Shown piece by piece: positions 50,701 through 63,300 of a DNA stretch of 64,000 nucleotides. Each line of letters starts with the position of its first letter. The first letter of the stretch is position 1. Made by a program: the position numbers and the translations under genes. Location of the stretch: contig OZ116704.1 of assembly GCA_964199315.1 (NCBI GenBank), positions 14,384,001 to 14,448,000 on the forward strand, given 5' to 3'. The notes beneath the pieces were generated by a model. That model was not told the origin of the DNA and did not search any database. It saw only the letters and a list, made by a program, of their open reading frames with translations. Source of the DNA: Orbicella franksi. Its lineage: Eukaryota.

Positions 50701-51180
50701 GTTAGCACACAAAAATAATACACAGCCGATAGAGCAATGCACGTCAGAGCTATACTGATGCTGTAACAACAAGATCAAGAAAGATAAAGATAAGAATATG
50801 AAAATTGTTGCCTTGACAAAACGTGTTGCCGGTTATGTAGTTATGTTATCAAGAAAAAGTAGACGGAAAAAGAAAATAGTAAAAATTTTCCAATGGAGCC
50901 TAACTAATGCATTCAAAGATAACATATATACTTGGAAAACAGCGCCAAAAACAAAGTTGAAATAACTTTAAAAAACATCAGTAACCACTCTGGGAACTGA
51001 TAACATAAATTTAGATTCAAATGCAACGAAGAGAAAAATGCATTGTTAACATAGCGAAATGATCTCAAAAAGATAAAGGGCTACAAAAAGGTAAACAAAA
51101 TAAGTGGAGGATAATCAGCACTCACTTTGCAATAAATGAAATTTTTTGCCATATTTATCAAACCATAAGTCAATAAGGTT
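47750..51180. repeat. Diverged tandem duplication of about 1.7 kb (47750-49420 and 49535-51180)
   Basis: Shared blocks such as GTTGCTTCATGCCGGAAATGAAGTCCAAAGATAAC and GTCAAAGTGGTCAGTTGGCCTGATAACAACCCGTCCC. The minus strand has hydrophobic, stop-interrupted frames. Confidence 0.9.
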
Positions 51181-51580
51181 GCTGTTCACTGTTGCCAAAT
51201 TGGATATAAAGATGCCTTTGTAGGTTTTAGTTTTCAGTCATCCAGTGAAATTGGTTGACATGGTTAATACAAAATGGAAACCCTAAACAAGCATCTCTTT
51301 CTGTTGGTGTTACTTGCCTGTTCTTTACATGGTTCTAAAGGTAAAGTTTTCTTCTTTTTTGTAACTTTGATATATTATAAGACAAGAGACTTGCCTTTGC
51401 GTTTGAATTGAAACTCAAGCTAAAATTTTAAAATGGTTGTACGGTAGATCCGTAGTGGATAATTCAATTGCTTGATTTTTATGATTAATAACGTAGTGTG
51501 TTCTGCAAAGGGCCTATCTCCAATCTCGGCCCTAGGGTGCTTTTTTAACCCCGCCTCAAGCCAAAGAGCAAACGCAATAG

Positions 51581-51671
51581 CCAATCTACGTTTTTGTCAC
51601 TCAAACGTCTCAGAACCAATAACGTCTTTTTATGCAACACAATGACATCGTTTAGCGATTCCTGTATAAAA
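51581..51671 (+). promoter_or_regulatory. CCAAT x2 and TATA promoter candidate
   Basis: CCAAT at about 51581 and 51616, and TATAAAA at 51665-51671, 80 nt before ATG 51751. Confidence 0.55.
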
Positions 51672-51750
51672 CGCCAACACCCTACTTGTTTTGCGCCAAT
51701 ATAACATTGCGCTGCAAGTTCAGTTAATTGTTTTTCTACGTTTCATTAAG

Positions 51751-53256
51751 ATGGGTAAGTTTAAAGCTGCCTTTGTCAAGAAATTTACACCTCGTAAAAT
51801 GAATACAACGCAAATTTAAAGTTTCTTCGCACTAGGGCACTTTAATGAAGTAAACTGTATTACTTTTTCTCTAAATATGACAATCGTCGTTAGAATACCG
51901 ATGTTGCTCCGTAAGCCAAGATAATTTCTAGTGGTGCTAAAATGTATATTTGTCTTCTAGATCAACAGCAAATCAACATAAAGATTAATTCAGACGAGTG
52001 TACGTATTTTATCTTTAGTTTTCTATTTTAAACTTCTTTGCTTTACTTACGTGAAGATTTGATTGCTCAACAATCATCTTAAAGTTAAAACCTTTATCTC
52101 TATGAAACTTTTCAGTGCCACACGAAGTTCCCATTGCGGAAGAAAGCACTTGTAAGTACATATCATTTATATTCTTACAAACTTACTTTTTTTTGTTTGT
52201 TTTCAAGCTGCGTTTTGAAAAACTTTGTAAGGAGTTTATAACATCAGTTTTCTCGCGCCAAGATTACACAAGAACCAGATATCATTTTGCGTTTATTTTG
52301 GTACATGTAAAGTTCCCTTAATCTTACTTTTATTTCTTTTCACATTTTATTCTAGTTTTTGCGCCATTGGATGATCGTAAGTATTCCGTTTTATTATATT
52401 TTAAACTGCTTTCTTGATATAAAAATTCGATTGCCCTATTACGAATAAACAATGGTAATTATAATCGCAAAGTAATTTTCGCCCTATGAACTTTTTAGAC
52501 CCAATTGCATTGGATAGTTCCAATTATTTATTTGCTTTGTTACATTTTTTTTCAAGTTACTTTTACAACTTAAACAGGAATAATTAGATTAGCTGGTTGC
52601 CGCCTGATTGAGAAAAGAGAAGATTTCTTGAAATTGTTTTGTGCTTTATATTTGAGCGCATGCTACATGTAACCACTAAAACTATTCTCCAACCAAATTA
52701 ATCATTGTAATCTTAGTTTTCTTTGTTTTCATATACTTAAGTTTTTTTTGGCTTTAATTGTTTAGAAAGTTAAAAAGAAATCTGGCTTCAACTTTGCGCC
52801 TTAATTTGTTCTTCTCGTAAAAACCTACCGTGTACATTTAAAGTTGCGGTACGGCTTTCTTCCAGGCCTTCGCAGTAAGATTGATTTTCGGTAAAGTATC
52901 TCATTTAGGCTTAGGAACCGAAACCGCGCAAATGTTCGCTTGCGAACTGAGATTAGCACAAAAACTCTTGCGAAAAGAGAGAAAAGCAAAGAAAAGAAGT
53001 TTGAATCGCAACTTAACGCCGATATGTTCTGCTAGATACAGAATACTACCGTCTATAATGCAAATTGCGAGTTGATGGCAAAAAAATACCAGTCAAGAAA
53101 AATAGAAATGAAAGTTGCAATAATCTCCATACACACATTGATATATATTTTCTACTTGGAATCGATGGGGAAAGTTGGCAACAACAAAATTTGCAAAGGT
53201 CAAGCTTATCAAAGTGTAAATCAAACGCCCTCATTTTAAAAGCACTGCCTCCATGA
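51751..53256 (+). CDS. Micro-exon gene candidate, 43 aa (MDQQQINIKINSDELPHEVPIAEESTFFAPLDDRLRNTEYYRL*), or a pseudogene of a longer protein
   Basis: ATGG|GTAAGT at 51751-51754. Symmetric phase-1 exons at 51961-51999 (39 nt), 52116-52151 (36), 52356-52376 (21) and 52866-52874 (9). Last exon from 53036 with TAA at 53056-53058; the same frame stays open to 53256. Confidence 0.55.
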
Positions 53257-53638
53257 TCACAGTTAGTACCTCCTCCATTGCGTTATTTGAAACTAGGCAG
53301 TAATTAAAATGTCACCTTTTTCAACATGTAGTAAACTAATTTTTCACAAAACATGGTATGCATGAAGATTTATTAAAAGAGAAGTCTAAGTGTTCATGAA
53401 AAGTTTGTCTAAAATTCTAACAAACGTTTACTCTTGTTATTGCTACTTAGCAAATTTTAATCCCATAATTCGTAATCCCAATACTCCTCTTGTGCACTTT
53501 CTCATTATTTATTTATTTATTTATTTATTTTTTGATGAGATGAGGGCTGGCTGATCACTTATTTGAAGCTCAGAGCCCTTGTTAATAGTGTTTTTTCCTG
53601 CTGACACTATGCAGTCTTATTAAAGGCAATGTGCTCAT

Positions 53639-54137
53639 TGTGCTGAACGCTCAAAGTATAAGAGATCGTTTTTGTTTACTCTATCATTGCAGCTCTGTTT
53701 AGTTTTATTATCGTTTCTATCGTTTCATTGTTCGTGCCTTTAATCATTAATCAGAGCGTTTTATATCATGTGATTTAGCTATCAATTTACTTTAAAAGCC
53801 AGTCGCTTACATAACTCACGCAGTCATCTCAGTATCGGGGTCATCCGAGTGTTTAGGAGTCAGGAGTTTGAGTTATTTTCTTGGAGTCTATGTGTTTACC
53901 TCGCTAACGCAGGATCAGACGTGAGTTTCTATTGTACATATTGATCGCTTTTTTGCTTTTTATGATTTCTATTTTCGCTTGTTATTTATTTAGGTTCGTT
54001 TCTGATTACGCAATCAAATTTGCCTTGTAGTTTTCACCGCACGTGTACGATAGCTGATTCATTAAAGTAATTTAAAAATCAAGTTTTGTACGCTGTGGTT
54101 GACGCTTACCGTTCCCCATGTACTTGGGTACGCGACA
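53639..54137 (+). repeat. 5' LTR, 499 bp
   Basis: By eye it differs from the 3' LTR only at 53767 (C) versus 60676 (T). Confidence 0.97.
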
Positions 54138-54207
54138 GTGAAAAGTCTGATCGATCGACGAAAGGAGGTAAGCCGTATCTTACTATTTAAATACGGAGCC
54201 AGCAACG

Positions 54208-57200
54208 ATGGCAAGCCGAGATGCAGAACCGCCAAATGTCGGCGGAACCAATGAGACCGGAGCTAGAAGTAAAAGGGGAATAAAATTGACACCGAAGGCC
54301 CTGCAAAACGCCGTTGAAGATAAACGAAGGGAAATTACGAAATCTCGTAAAAGGCTCCTTAGTGTAATGAAATCGGTAGAAGAGTTAAGCGAGGACAGCG
54401 AAATCGAGACCGTCGCGCGTGAACTCGCAGTCGCCTCGGAAGAATTCGGAAAGCTGTTGAAGGAGTTGCTTGACCTGTACGGCCAAGGTTCACACGAAGA
54501 TCACGTAGGAGAAGCTCACCTCGATGAAGAGAACCATATCTTAGAAAGGGCCCTCTTACTTGTAGAGAAGTTAAAAAATAGAATTAGTAGACAATCCAGC
54601 AAATTGTTGGAGTTACGATCTGTCTCTTCTCGTCACTCCTCGCGCCGTTCATCAGTCTCGAAAACTAGCAGTACAATCGCTAGGTTGCGAGCGCTAGCCG
54701 ATGCTAAAGCAGCGAAAGAAGAAGCTCAATACACGCGGCTAATAGCGCAAAAAGAACTCGAGCGCAGGACGCGCGACGCAGAGGCAGAAAGAATTCGTCA
54801 ACAAGAGAATGCACGGTTTGAGTCCGAGATGGCGATCTTAGGAGCGGATAAAAAAAGCCGCGATAGCAAATGCTAAGCTCAAAGTTTTTGAGAACGCCCT
54901 ATTGGAAGAAGACTTAGAAAGGGAGTCAGAATTGCCAGAGTTCAAAGTTCCCAAAATTAAGACAGAGCAGCGCACTTCACAATGGGTTCACTCTTCTCCC
55001 ACGCCTGGCCCCCTACCCACGGGAAACTCATTTCGCCACGAGCGCGAACATGATCCGCTAAGCGCGTCAGAGACAACAAAGCCACTATTGTCCGCCGCCC
55101 CAAAATTAAAGACATCGGAAAAAACACCTCAACAGCGAATTCCCCTCCTTCCAAACCCAGATCCGCCAGACCAGAATTTAACTAACGAAGATCACAGAGA
55201 GCATCGAAACACTGCCTTCCATCGACAGCCACTCATAGCTTCAACTCCGTTCAAAGATATGACCGGAAGTCAGCTAATTGACTCTCTCACAGTCGTGAAC
55301 CAACAAATAGTAGCTGGTCTGGCTAGGCAAAATCTCCCGAAATGCTAACCTGATGTGTTCTCGGGGGACCCTACCCTTTTTCACCCTTGGAGAAGTGCCT
55401 TTAAAGCCATGCTAATGGATACTGATGTGTCCCCAACTCAGGAAATTAACTACTTAAGAAGTTTCACTAGCGGAGCACCACAGCGCTTGGTTGACAATTA
55501 CAGGAAGCGACAAATGCGCGATCCCGTCGCGTTGCTAAGGGATTTGTGGGCGGAACTTGAGAAGCGATTTGGAAGCGCTGCGGTTATCAGTAACAAACTG
55601 CTAGAGCGCCTGCGAAACACAGTGACGTTCAGCGAGCACGAAAACGATAAACTGCAACAGTTCGCAGATCTTTGTGCTGACATCGAAAGTCAAGTGACAT
55701 TTCTCCCGGGACTCGCATGCCTTAACTACCCGAGCGCTATCCAACCAATAGCCGAGAAACTACCACAATTCGTCCGCACTAAATGGGAGAAAGAAATCGC
55801 GAATTATTCCGACAGCCACCGAGGAATGTACCCCCCCTTCTCCAGATTCTCCAAAATTGTTCAGGAACAAGCCAGGACCAAGAACAATCCGAACATCCTC
55901 GCTGGTAAGGATGGTGCCCACGTTCGCCCGCCAAAACAACGCAGGGAGCGAGATCATAAATCGTTCAAGACAGGCATTCGATCCCCGGCTGAAAACAACG
56001 AAGTTCCCGGAAAAGAGAAGAAGGAGAATCCCGGAAAGAGAGAGACAAGGAGTAAGCATTGTCCATATCACGAAAGCAGCGCGCACAACCTATCGGAGTG
56101 CAAGGCCTTCGCTGCAAAAACACTGGAAGAACGCACGCAGTGGATAATGGACGCGCGCCTGTGCTTTCGCTGTTTCAGCAACGCTCACATTGCAAGCGAG
56201 TGCAACACGCCTATACAGTGCACGATCTGTGGGGACAAGCGCCATAGTGCCTTACTGCACAAGGAGAAACAGCCGCCCCCCAAACCGGAGAATGAAGCAG
56301 TCAGCGCGAAATGCACTGCACTCTGTGAACCTACAGGAGGTGTGTCTTGCAGCAAAACCCTGCTGGTGGACGTCTATAGCCAGCGTAGCCCACACCTTAC
56401 CAAGCGTGTCTACGCCATCGTCGATGAGCAGAGCAACAGCTCTCTCGTCACCAGCGAATTAGCCGACGACCTCGGAGCAGGTGGGCCCCTAGAGAAATAC
56501 TTCCTATCCACATGCAGCGGTGAGAGAGAGGAGAAATACGGCCGGCGAGTAGCTGGCATCACAGTACGGTCTATCAGTGGAGCAGAGTTTGTCTTGCCTA
56601 CCCTCACCGAGTGCGATACCATCCCACAGGACAAACGTGAGATTCCAACCCCAAGCATGGCGAGGAGGTTCCCGCACTTGACGGCCATAGCTAGCGAAAT
56701 ACCTCCCCTAGATGAGACTGCCAAAGTTCACTTGCTAATCGGCCGGGACGCACCAGAACTGTTAAAGGTTAGGGAATCCAGGAATGGCCCGAGAGGAGCA
56801 CCCTGGGGGCAGCGACTGGCCCTCGGCTGGACTATCAGTGGTCAGATGTGCCTCGACTTCCCTAGTGGCCCTGCGCACATTCTCGCCCGCCTCACAAATC
56901 TGTCCACTAATACATGGAGAGAGAAGGAGCCTGGAGACGGAAGCTACGAACTGGTGCCCTGCCCCAACCAATTCAAGATCACAGACCCCCCTTTGGAGCG
57001 CCCCCCTGATAGTATCTTCAAGACTACGCGAAACGACAACGAGCCCAGTCTCTCCCACGAGGACCGCGCCTTTCTAGAGATTATGGAGAGAGGGATACAC
57101 AAGAACGCAAGTGGTAACTGGGAAATGCCCTTGCCATTTCGTGATGAACGCCAGACAATGCCAGACAACCGAGCCCAAGCCATGCAACGCCTACAAGGGC

Positions 57201-60200
57201 TTCTTAAGACGTTCAACAGGAAACCTGAAATGAAAGCGGACTACCTGGAGTTCATGGGCAAGATAATCGAGAAGGGCCACGCCTCTCCTGTCCCGCGCGA
57301 TGACGCTCCGCCTCCCCCTGGGCGTTCTTGGTACTTACCGCATTTCGCGACCTACCATAACACAAAGCACACTATTCGCGTTGTGTTCGACTCGAGTTGC
57401 GAGTTTAGAGGAGTGTCGTTAAACAAAGTGCTTTTACCTGGCCCTGACTTGATGAACAACCTCATTGGAGTTCTAATGCGTTTCCGCAAGGAGAATGTTG
57501 CCGTCATGTGCGACGTCGAACAAATGTTCCATTCATTCCACGTAGACCCGGCACACAGAGACTTCTTCGTTTCCTGTGGTTCGAGGATAATGACCCGTCG
57601 AAACCCGTCACAGAATATCGCATGAACGTCCACCTGTTTGGCAATGGACCGAGCCCCGCAGTCGCCACGTATGGACTTTGCAGAACGGCGGTAGACGGCG
57701 AGGAGAAGTACGGCGAGGAGGCCAAGAATTTTATATGCCGCAATTTCTACGTCGATGATGGTTTGGCTTCGCTGACGACCGCCCAAGGAGCGATAGACTT
57801 GGTGAAAGGTGCACAAGCCACCCTAGCCACAGCTAAGCTACGACTACACAAAGTCGTGTCAAATTCGGTGGAAGTCATGGAAGCCTTTCCAGCTGAGGAC
57901 CGAGCAAAGGATGTGCGTGACCTCGACCTGCGCAGCGACAGTTTGCCCGCGCAACGGTCGCTAGGAGTTTTCTGGGATTTGGAGACGGATGCCTTCACCT
58001 TCAAGGTGTGTTCACCGGAGAAACCATTCACCAGGAGAGGAGTCTTGTCTATTGTCAACTCTGTGTATGACCCGCTCGGTTTTGCGGTACCTGCCATACT
58101 CGAGGGGAGAAAAATACTACAGCAGCTCGTACTCATGGGGGAGCGAAGAGCCGAGAACAAAACCCCCTTAGCCTGGGACGACCCTCTTCCTACCGCAATG
58201 ATGAACCGGTGGACGTGCTGGAGAGATTCTCTCCTGGAGTTACAGCACCTATCTGTTCCCCGCTGTTACCACCCAAAGGAATTTGGCACCGTGACCAGAG
58301 TGGAACTACACGCCTTTTCTGACGCGAGTCAGGACGCCATTGGAGCTGCAGTCTACCTCCGCCAGTTCAACGAAGTAAACGAGATGTCCACGTCTCTCGT
58401 CTACGGTCAAGCCAAGGTTGCCCCCGTAAACCCTACAAGCATCCCACGACTCGAACTGTGCGGAGCGGTGCTAGCAGTTCAAGCAGCTCAGAGAGTTATC
58501 AAAGAAATTGACGTAAAGATCTCGGAGGTGACATACTACACCGACTCGAAAGTAGTGCTAGGCTACATCACAAACGAAAGCCGCCGGTTTTACGTCTACG
58601 TGGCCAACCGAGTACAGCTAATCAGAAGTCTGTCTACCCCAGAGCAGTGGAGATATGTGGAGAGCGAGCAGAATCCAGCAGATTTGGCCACGCGCGGAGT
58701 TCCCCCTGACAAGTTAATGGCATCGACCTGGCTCGGAGGGCCAGGATTCCTTAAAAGACCACAAGGTACCCCTCGACCGGATGAAACGTTCACACTCGAC
58801 GCGAGTGATCCTGAAGTTCGCAAGGGAGTGCTCAGGGCCAAAGTCACAATGGATAAAAGAGGCGAAGAACCAGACGTTTGGGCAAAAAGATTCCAGAGGT
58901 TCTCTTCCTTAAGGTCCCTGCAGCGCGCAGTCGCCAATCTTATCGTTGTGGCAAGAGAATTCAAACGCCGTAGAGACTCCAAAGCACGAGGAGTTAACCC
59001 TAGGAGTGAAGTGCCTAAAGGACCGGGCAAACGTAGACTTCCAACAGTCGAAGAGTGGGATCAAGCTCTGCGCGTCATAATAAGCACCACACAGAGAGCA
59101 GCATTTAGGGAGTTGTTGCGAGATGCCAGGACGGAGCCCGAGCTACCGAGAGAAGTTCAGCACGGCGCAAAGAAATCCCTCAAAGGCTCACATCTGTACC
59201 ACCTTGACCCGTTCCTTGACAACTACGGGATCCTGCGCGTCGGAGGCAGATTAAGGAGAGCAGAGATGGAGTACGGAGAGAAACACCCAATCATGCTGCC
59301 AAAGAATCACCATGTGTCACGGCTAGTAGCGAAACACCACCACCTCCAGGTGCACCACCAAGGAAGACAGATTACCGGAGGAGCCATTCGACAGGCAGGA
59401 TTCTGGCTCATCGGAGGTCATGACACTGTGACGAAAGTCGTCGGAGCTTGTGTTCCCTGCAAGAAGCTAAGAGGACCACCACTGGAGCAGCGCATGGCAG
59501 ACCTTCCGCCTGATAGGACTGAAGTCTGTCCTCCCTTCACTAACGTGGGCTTCGATGTTTTCGGCCCTTGGGCGGTGCAAACGCGTAAAACAAGAGGAGG
59601 GACCGCGAATGCTAAACGCTGGGGTCTGGTCTTCACGTACCTCAGCAGTAGAGCCATACACATTGAAGTCCTAGAAGCCATGGATGCCAGCGCCTTTATC
59701 TGCGCACTGAGGAGATTCTTCGCGCTACGAGGCCATGCTACGCTTCTTAGGTGCGACAGAGGAACTAACTTCATCGGAGCCAAAACAGAGCTTGGAGAAG
59801 CAGTGTCGGAGCTCAACGACAAGAAAGTGGAGAAATTTGTGACGGAGTACGGATGCAAATGGGAGTTTAACCCTCCCCACGCATCACATTTTGGCGGCGT
59901 GTGGGAAAGGCAAATCAATACCATCCGTCGAGTATTAGATGCTATGTTTGCCGAACTGGGCAGGCCTCAGCTGACACACGAGTTGCTTATCACACTGATG
60001 GCTGAGGTGGTAGCCATCGTTAACGCCAGACCCATATCTGCGCTGCCATCCGACCCAGACGACCCACTACCTCTGTCTCCTGCGATGTTACTGACAACGA
60101 AAACACGCCCAGCTGGACCCCCTCCAGGTCAGTTCCTACGCCCTGACATATACGCTCGTCGTCGCTGGAGACGTGTTCAGTTCCTAGCAGATCAGTTTTG

Positions 60201-60495
60201 GACGAGATGGCGACGGGAGTACCTACAAAGCTTGCAGCCCCGACGGAAGTGGACAGAGATGCAGCGAGACCTACGCGTCGGAGATGTCGTCCTCATGCGA
60301 GACGAGTCACGGCACCGCAACGACTGGCCACTGGGACGAATCTCAGAGGCCATAAGAAGTGAGGATGACAGAGTTAGAAAGGTTAAAGTTGACGTTGTTA
60401 GAGACGGAGAAAGGAAGACCTACCTACGACCCATCAAGGAGCTTGTCCTACTATTGCCTGATGACGGAGAAGAAGTTGATCCAAAACCAAACTGA
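54208..60495 (+). pseudogene. BEL gag-pol polyprotein with three disruptions
   Basis: An extra A in the run at 54850-54856, an in-frame TAA at 55346-55348, and a 1-nt deletion near 57565 (DFLRFLW motif broken). Confidence 0.92.
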
Positions 60496-60547
60496 ATAGT
60501 GACATGTAACAAATAAGTAACAAGGATTAGAATCCTTGGGCGAGGAG

Positions 60548-61046
60548 TGTGCTGAACGCTCAAAGTATAAGAGATCGTTTTTGTTTACTCTATCATTGCA
60601 GCTCTGTTTAGTTTTATTATCGTTTCTATCGTTTCATTGTTCGTGCCTTTAATCATTAATCAGAGCGTTTTATATTATGTGATTTAGCTATCAATTTACT
60701 TTAAAAGCCAGTCGCTTACATAACTCACGCAGTCATCTCAGTATCGGGGTCATCCGAGTGTTTAGGAGTCAGGAGTTTGAGTTATTTTCTTGGAGTCTAT
60801 GTGTTTACCTCGCTAACGCAGGATCAGACGTGAGTTTCTATTGTACATATTGATCGCTTTTTTGCTTTTTATGATTTCTATTTTCGCTTGTTATTTATTT
60901 AGGTTCGTTTCTGATTACGCAATCAAATTTGCCTTGTAGTTTTCACCGCACGTGTACGATAGCTGATTCATTAAAGTAATTTAAAAATCAAGTTTTGTAC
61001 GCTGTGGTTGACGCTTACCGTTCCCCATGTACTTGGGTACGCGACA
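60548..61046 (+). repeat. 3' LTR, 499 bp
   Basis: Direct repeat of 53639-54137. Confidence 0.97.
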
Positions 61047-61460
61047 CTCATAATTGAATATTTAAGTGGCAAGTTAAATTAAAATCAAGTCAATAAAAAC
61101 AGCCATATCTCATCTTATATTTTCTTGTAACAAAGCAAACTTAAAACCTTTCATTCAATTGGCTTTGTGAAGTTTTCTTTGTTAAAATGCACGTACTTAA
61201 ATGATGTGCCTTAAAACCAACTTGTTCCTATGACATACCACAGGCAAAAGCAATATCATAATGTGTAGTTCCATAGATTATTCAAATTTCACTACAGAAA
61301 GAATTTTTCATAAAACCCCCCATCCTTCTGGAAATTCTAATTAAGCTTTATACATTTCCTTAAAGTTTTAAGCATTTGAAAACCCTTTCACCCTCTGGAA
61401 TTTCCAATTCCTTCTGTGAAATGAGTATATGAACTCCTCACTACATTGAGGGAAAGAGAG

Positions 61461-62268
61461 TTGGTACAAATAGCTGTTCGTCACTGATTCTTATGCTAGA
61501 GTAAAAGCAAATATATTTAAATAATATACATTCAACAGTAACCAAGTAATGATTGACAAACGAAAACAGAGTAACAGAATATTGATGTACAAAGGGAAAA
61601 ATAAAGAAAATTTCAACATGCCCCCCTCCCCCTGATAACTGCATTAACAAAGCCACCCCACCAACTAATAACTAGTCTCTTTTAATGATCTTCTCAATAT
61701 CACGAGTGAAGGAGAACAATACACTGCCTCTACTAGAAAAAGCAAGGCGTCACTTATGATTCTACTTTTTCTACCTTATATTGAAAGACTCAATTTACAG
61801 AGACACAAAAAAGACAATTCAAATGAAAACTATCCTTCAACAGTAGAGTATAAGTATTCTCTGCAGCAACACATTACTAGGATATGAGGTAAATATAAAT
61901 GAGAATCAATTACACTTTATAATCAAATAACCTTTAAACAGCAATGTATCACTTAGTCTCACAGCAAAGATCCCATCATTATATTGCAGGAAAGATAGTT
62001 GGTGTAAATTAATAGCTGTTAATGTCCCTCATTCTTATGCTTGGATAAAAAGCATCATACTTTAAATAATATACCTTCAACAGTCACCAAGTAATGAATG
62101 ACAAACTAAAACAGACTAAGAGAGTATGCTGTACAAAGGGGAAAATAAAGAGAATTTCAACATATCCCTCCCTCCCCTAGTAAATGCAATAACAAAGCCA
62201 CCCTTCAACCGATAACCAGTCTCTTTTTAATGATCTTCTCAAACATTACAGGTGAAGATGAACAACTA
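61461..62268. repeat. Diverged duplication of about 260 bp (61461-61722 and 61999-62268)
   Basis: Shared TTTAAATAATATAC.TTCAACAGT.ACCAAGTAATGA.TGACAAAC and TGTACAAAGGG..AAATAAAG..AATTTCAACAT. Confidence 0.8.
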
Positions 62269-63194
62269 CAGCCAGCCATCATCAACTTTTGTACGACCTT
62301 TAATATTCTTTTTGAAAATTAAGTTATGAAACTGTTATCTTGTACATGTAGAAAATTTTATACCCATTTTACACCCATAGTAATGCTATTCCAAATTGAA
62401 ACAGTTTCTCTAAATTGTGATTCAACCACCAACAAAGGAGTATGTAATGGAATCAAATGTTCTGGCCAAGCATATCTAAAACTTTTTTCAGAAAGCACAA
62501 ACACTGACGAAACTTGGCTTTCTGAGCAACAAGCACTTTCCCAAATGAAGCTGTTAAGCACTTATGAGAATATTCTGAAGTACAAGCAACCAAACCCACC
62601 AAAATTTTGCAAGCATTGACAATAAAAGCCAAATTTTCCAAGAACTGCAAAATTTTGCGGTATTATATTTGTGACTGTACAGCTTTCTTGTGTAAATGGT
62701 TTATGATTGGCATCATTTAATATGACTTGCATGACAACAATTAATCTTGACTAGAAGATTTTTCAAGCTAAAAAAAGACCAAAGCAATCTGTTATTAAAA
62801 CAAGAAACAATTTTGTCTATAATTACAGACTCAGTGAATCCTGAAAGTTACAATGAGGAATGTAAGTATTTATTTGAAATCACAATGCTTAAATTGAGTA
62901 AGTGAGACAATAAGTGAGTGAGTAGACTTTATTGGAGAGGGTAACATCCAACAGTAACACAGCTGATTATATCAACATAAACAAAGGAGGTTACGAAGGC
63001 CTATGCTGGGACCTTAAGTCGCTTAAAGTAACCTTAACTTGCCTTAAGTCGCCTTGAGTCTTCCTAAGTCGCCTTAAGTTGCTAATGGTTATGCAATGTC
63101 AAAAAGGTTTCAACACACTCAAATTGCCCCTCTAGAAAGTTATCAAACTTGTAACTGTCATGTTTGGATAAAGTGCACTCTAACCCTATGAAGG

Positions 63195-63300
63195 AGGAGG
63201 CATGATGACCCAATGGTTGGTGCAATGGACCCCTATTGGAGATCATGGCATTGTGTTTGCACTCTTATAGTGTCTCTCCTCACCCAGATGTATAAATGCG
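63195..63300 (+). mobile_element. Degenerate SINE head
   Basis: CATTGTGTTTGCACTCTTATAGTGTCTCTCCTCACCCAGATGTATAAATG resembles the other copies. Confidence 0.5.

Larger units (their letters stand above)
53639..61046 (+). mobile_element. Full-length BEL/Pao LTR retrotransposon
   Basis: TG...CA LTRs, CTCAT TSD at 53634 and 61047, and a purine tract before the 3' LTR. Domain order is gag (three CCHC-type knuckles), protease (VDEQS), RT (FYVDD), RNase H (FSDAS), integrase (HHCC, D-D-E). Confidence 0.98.

Noticed and set aside
62330-62625. Signal-peptide-like MLAKFWWVWLLVLQNILISA on the minus strand
   Set aside because: It is followed at once by multiple stops, with no other support.
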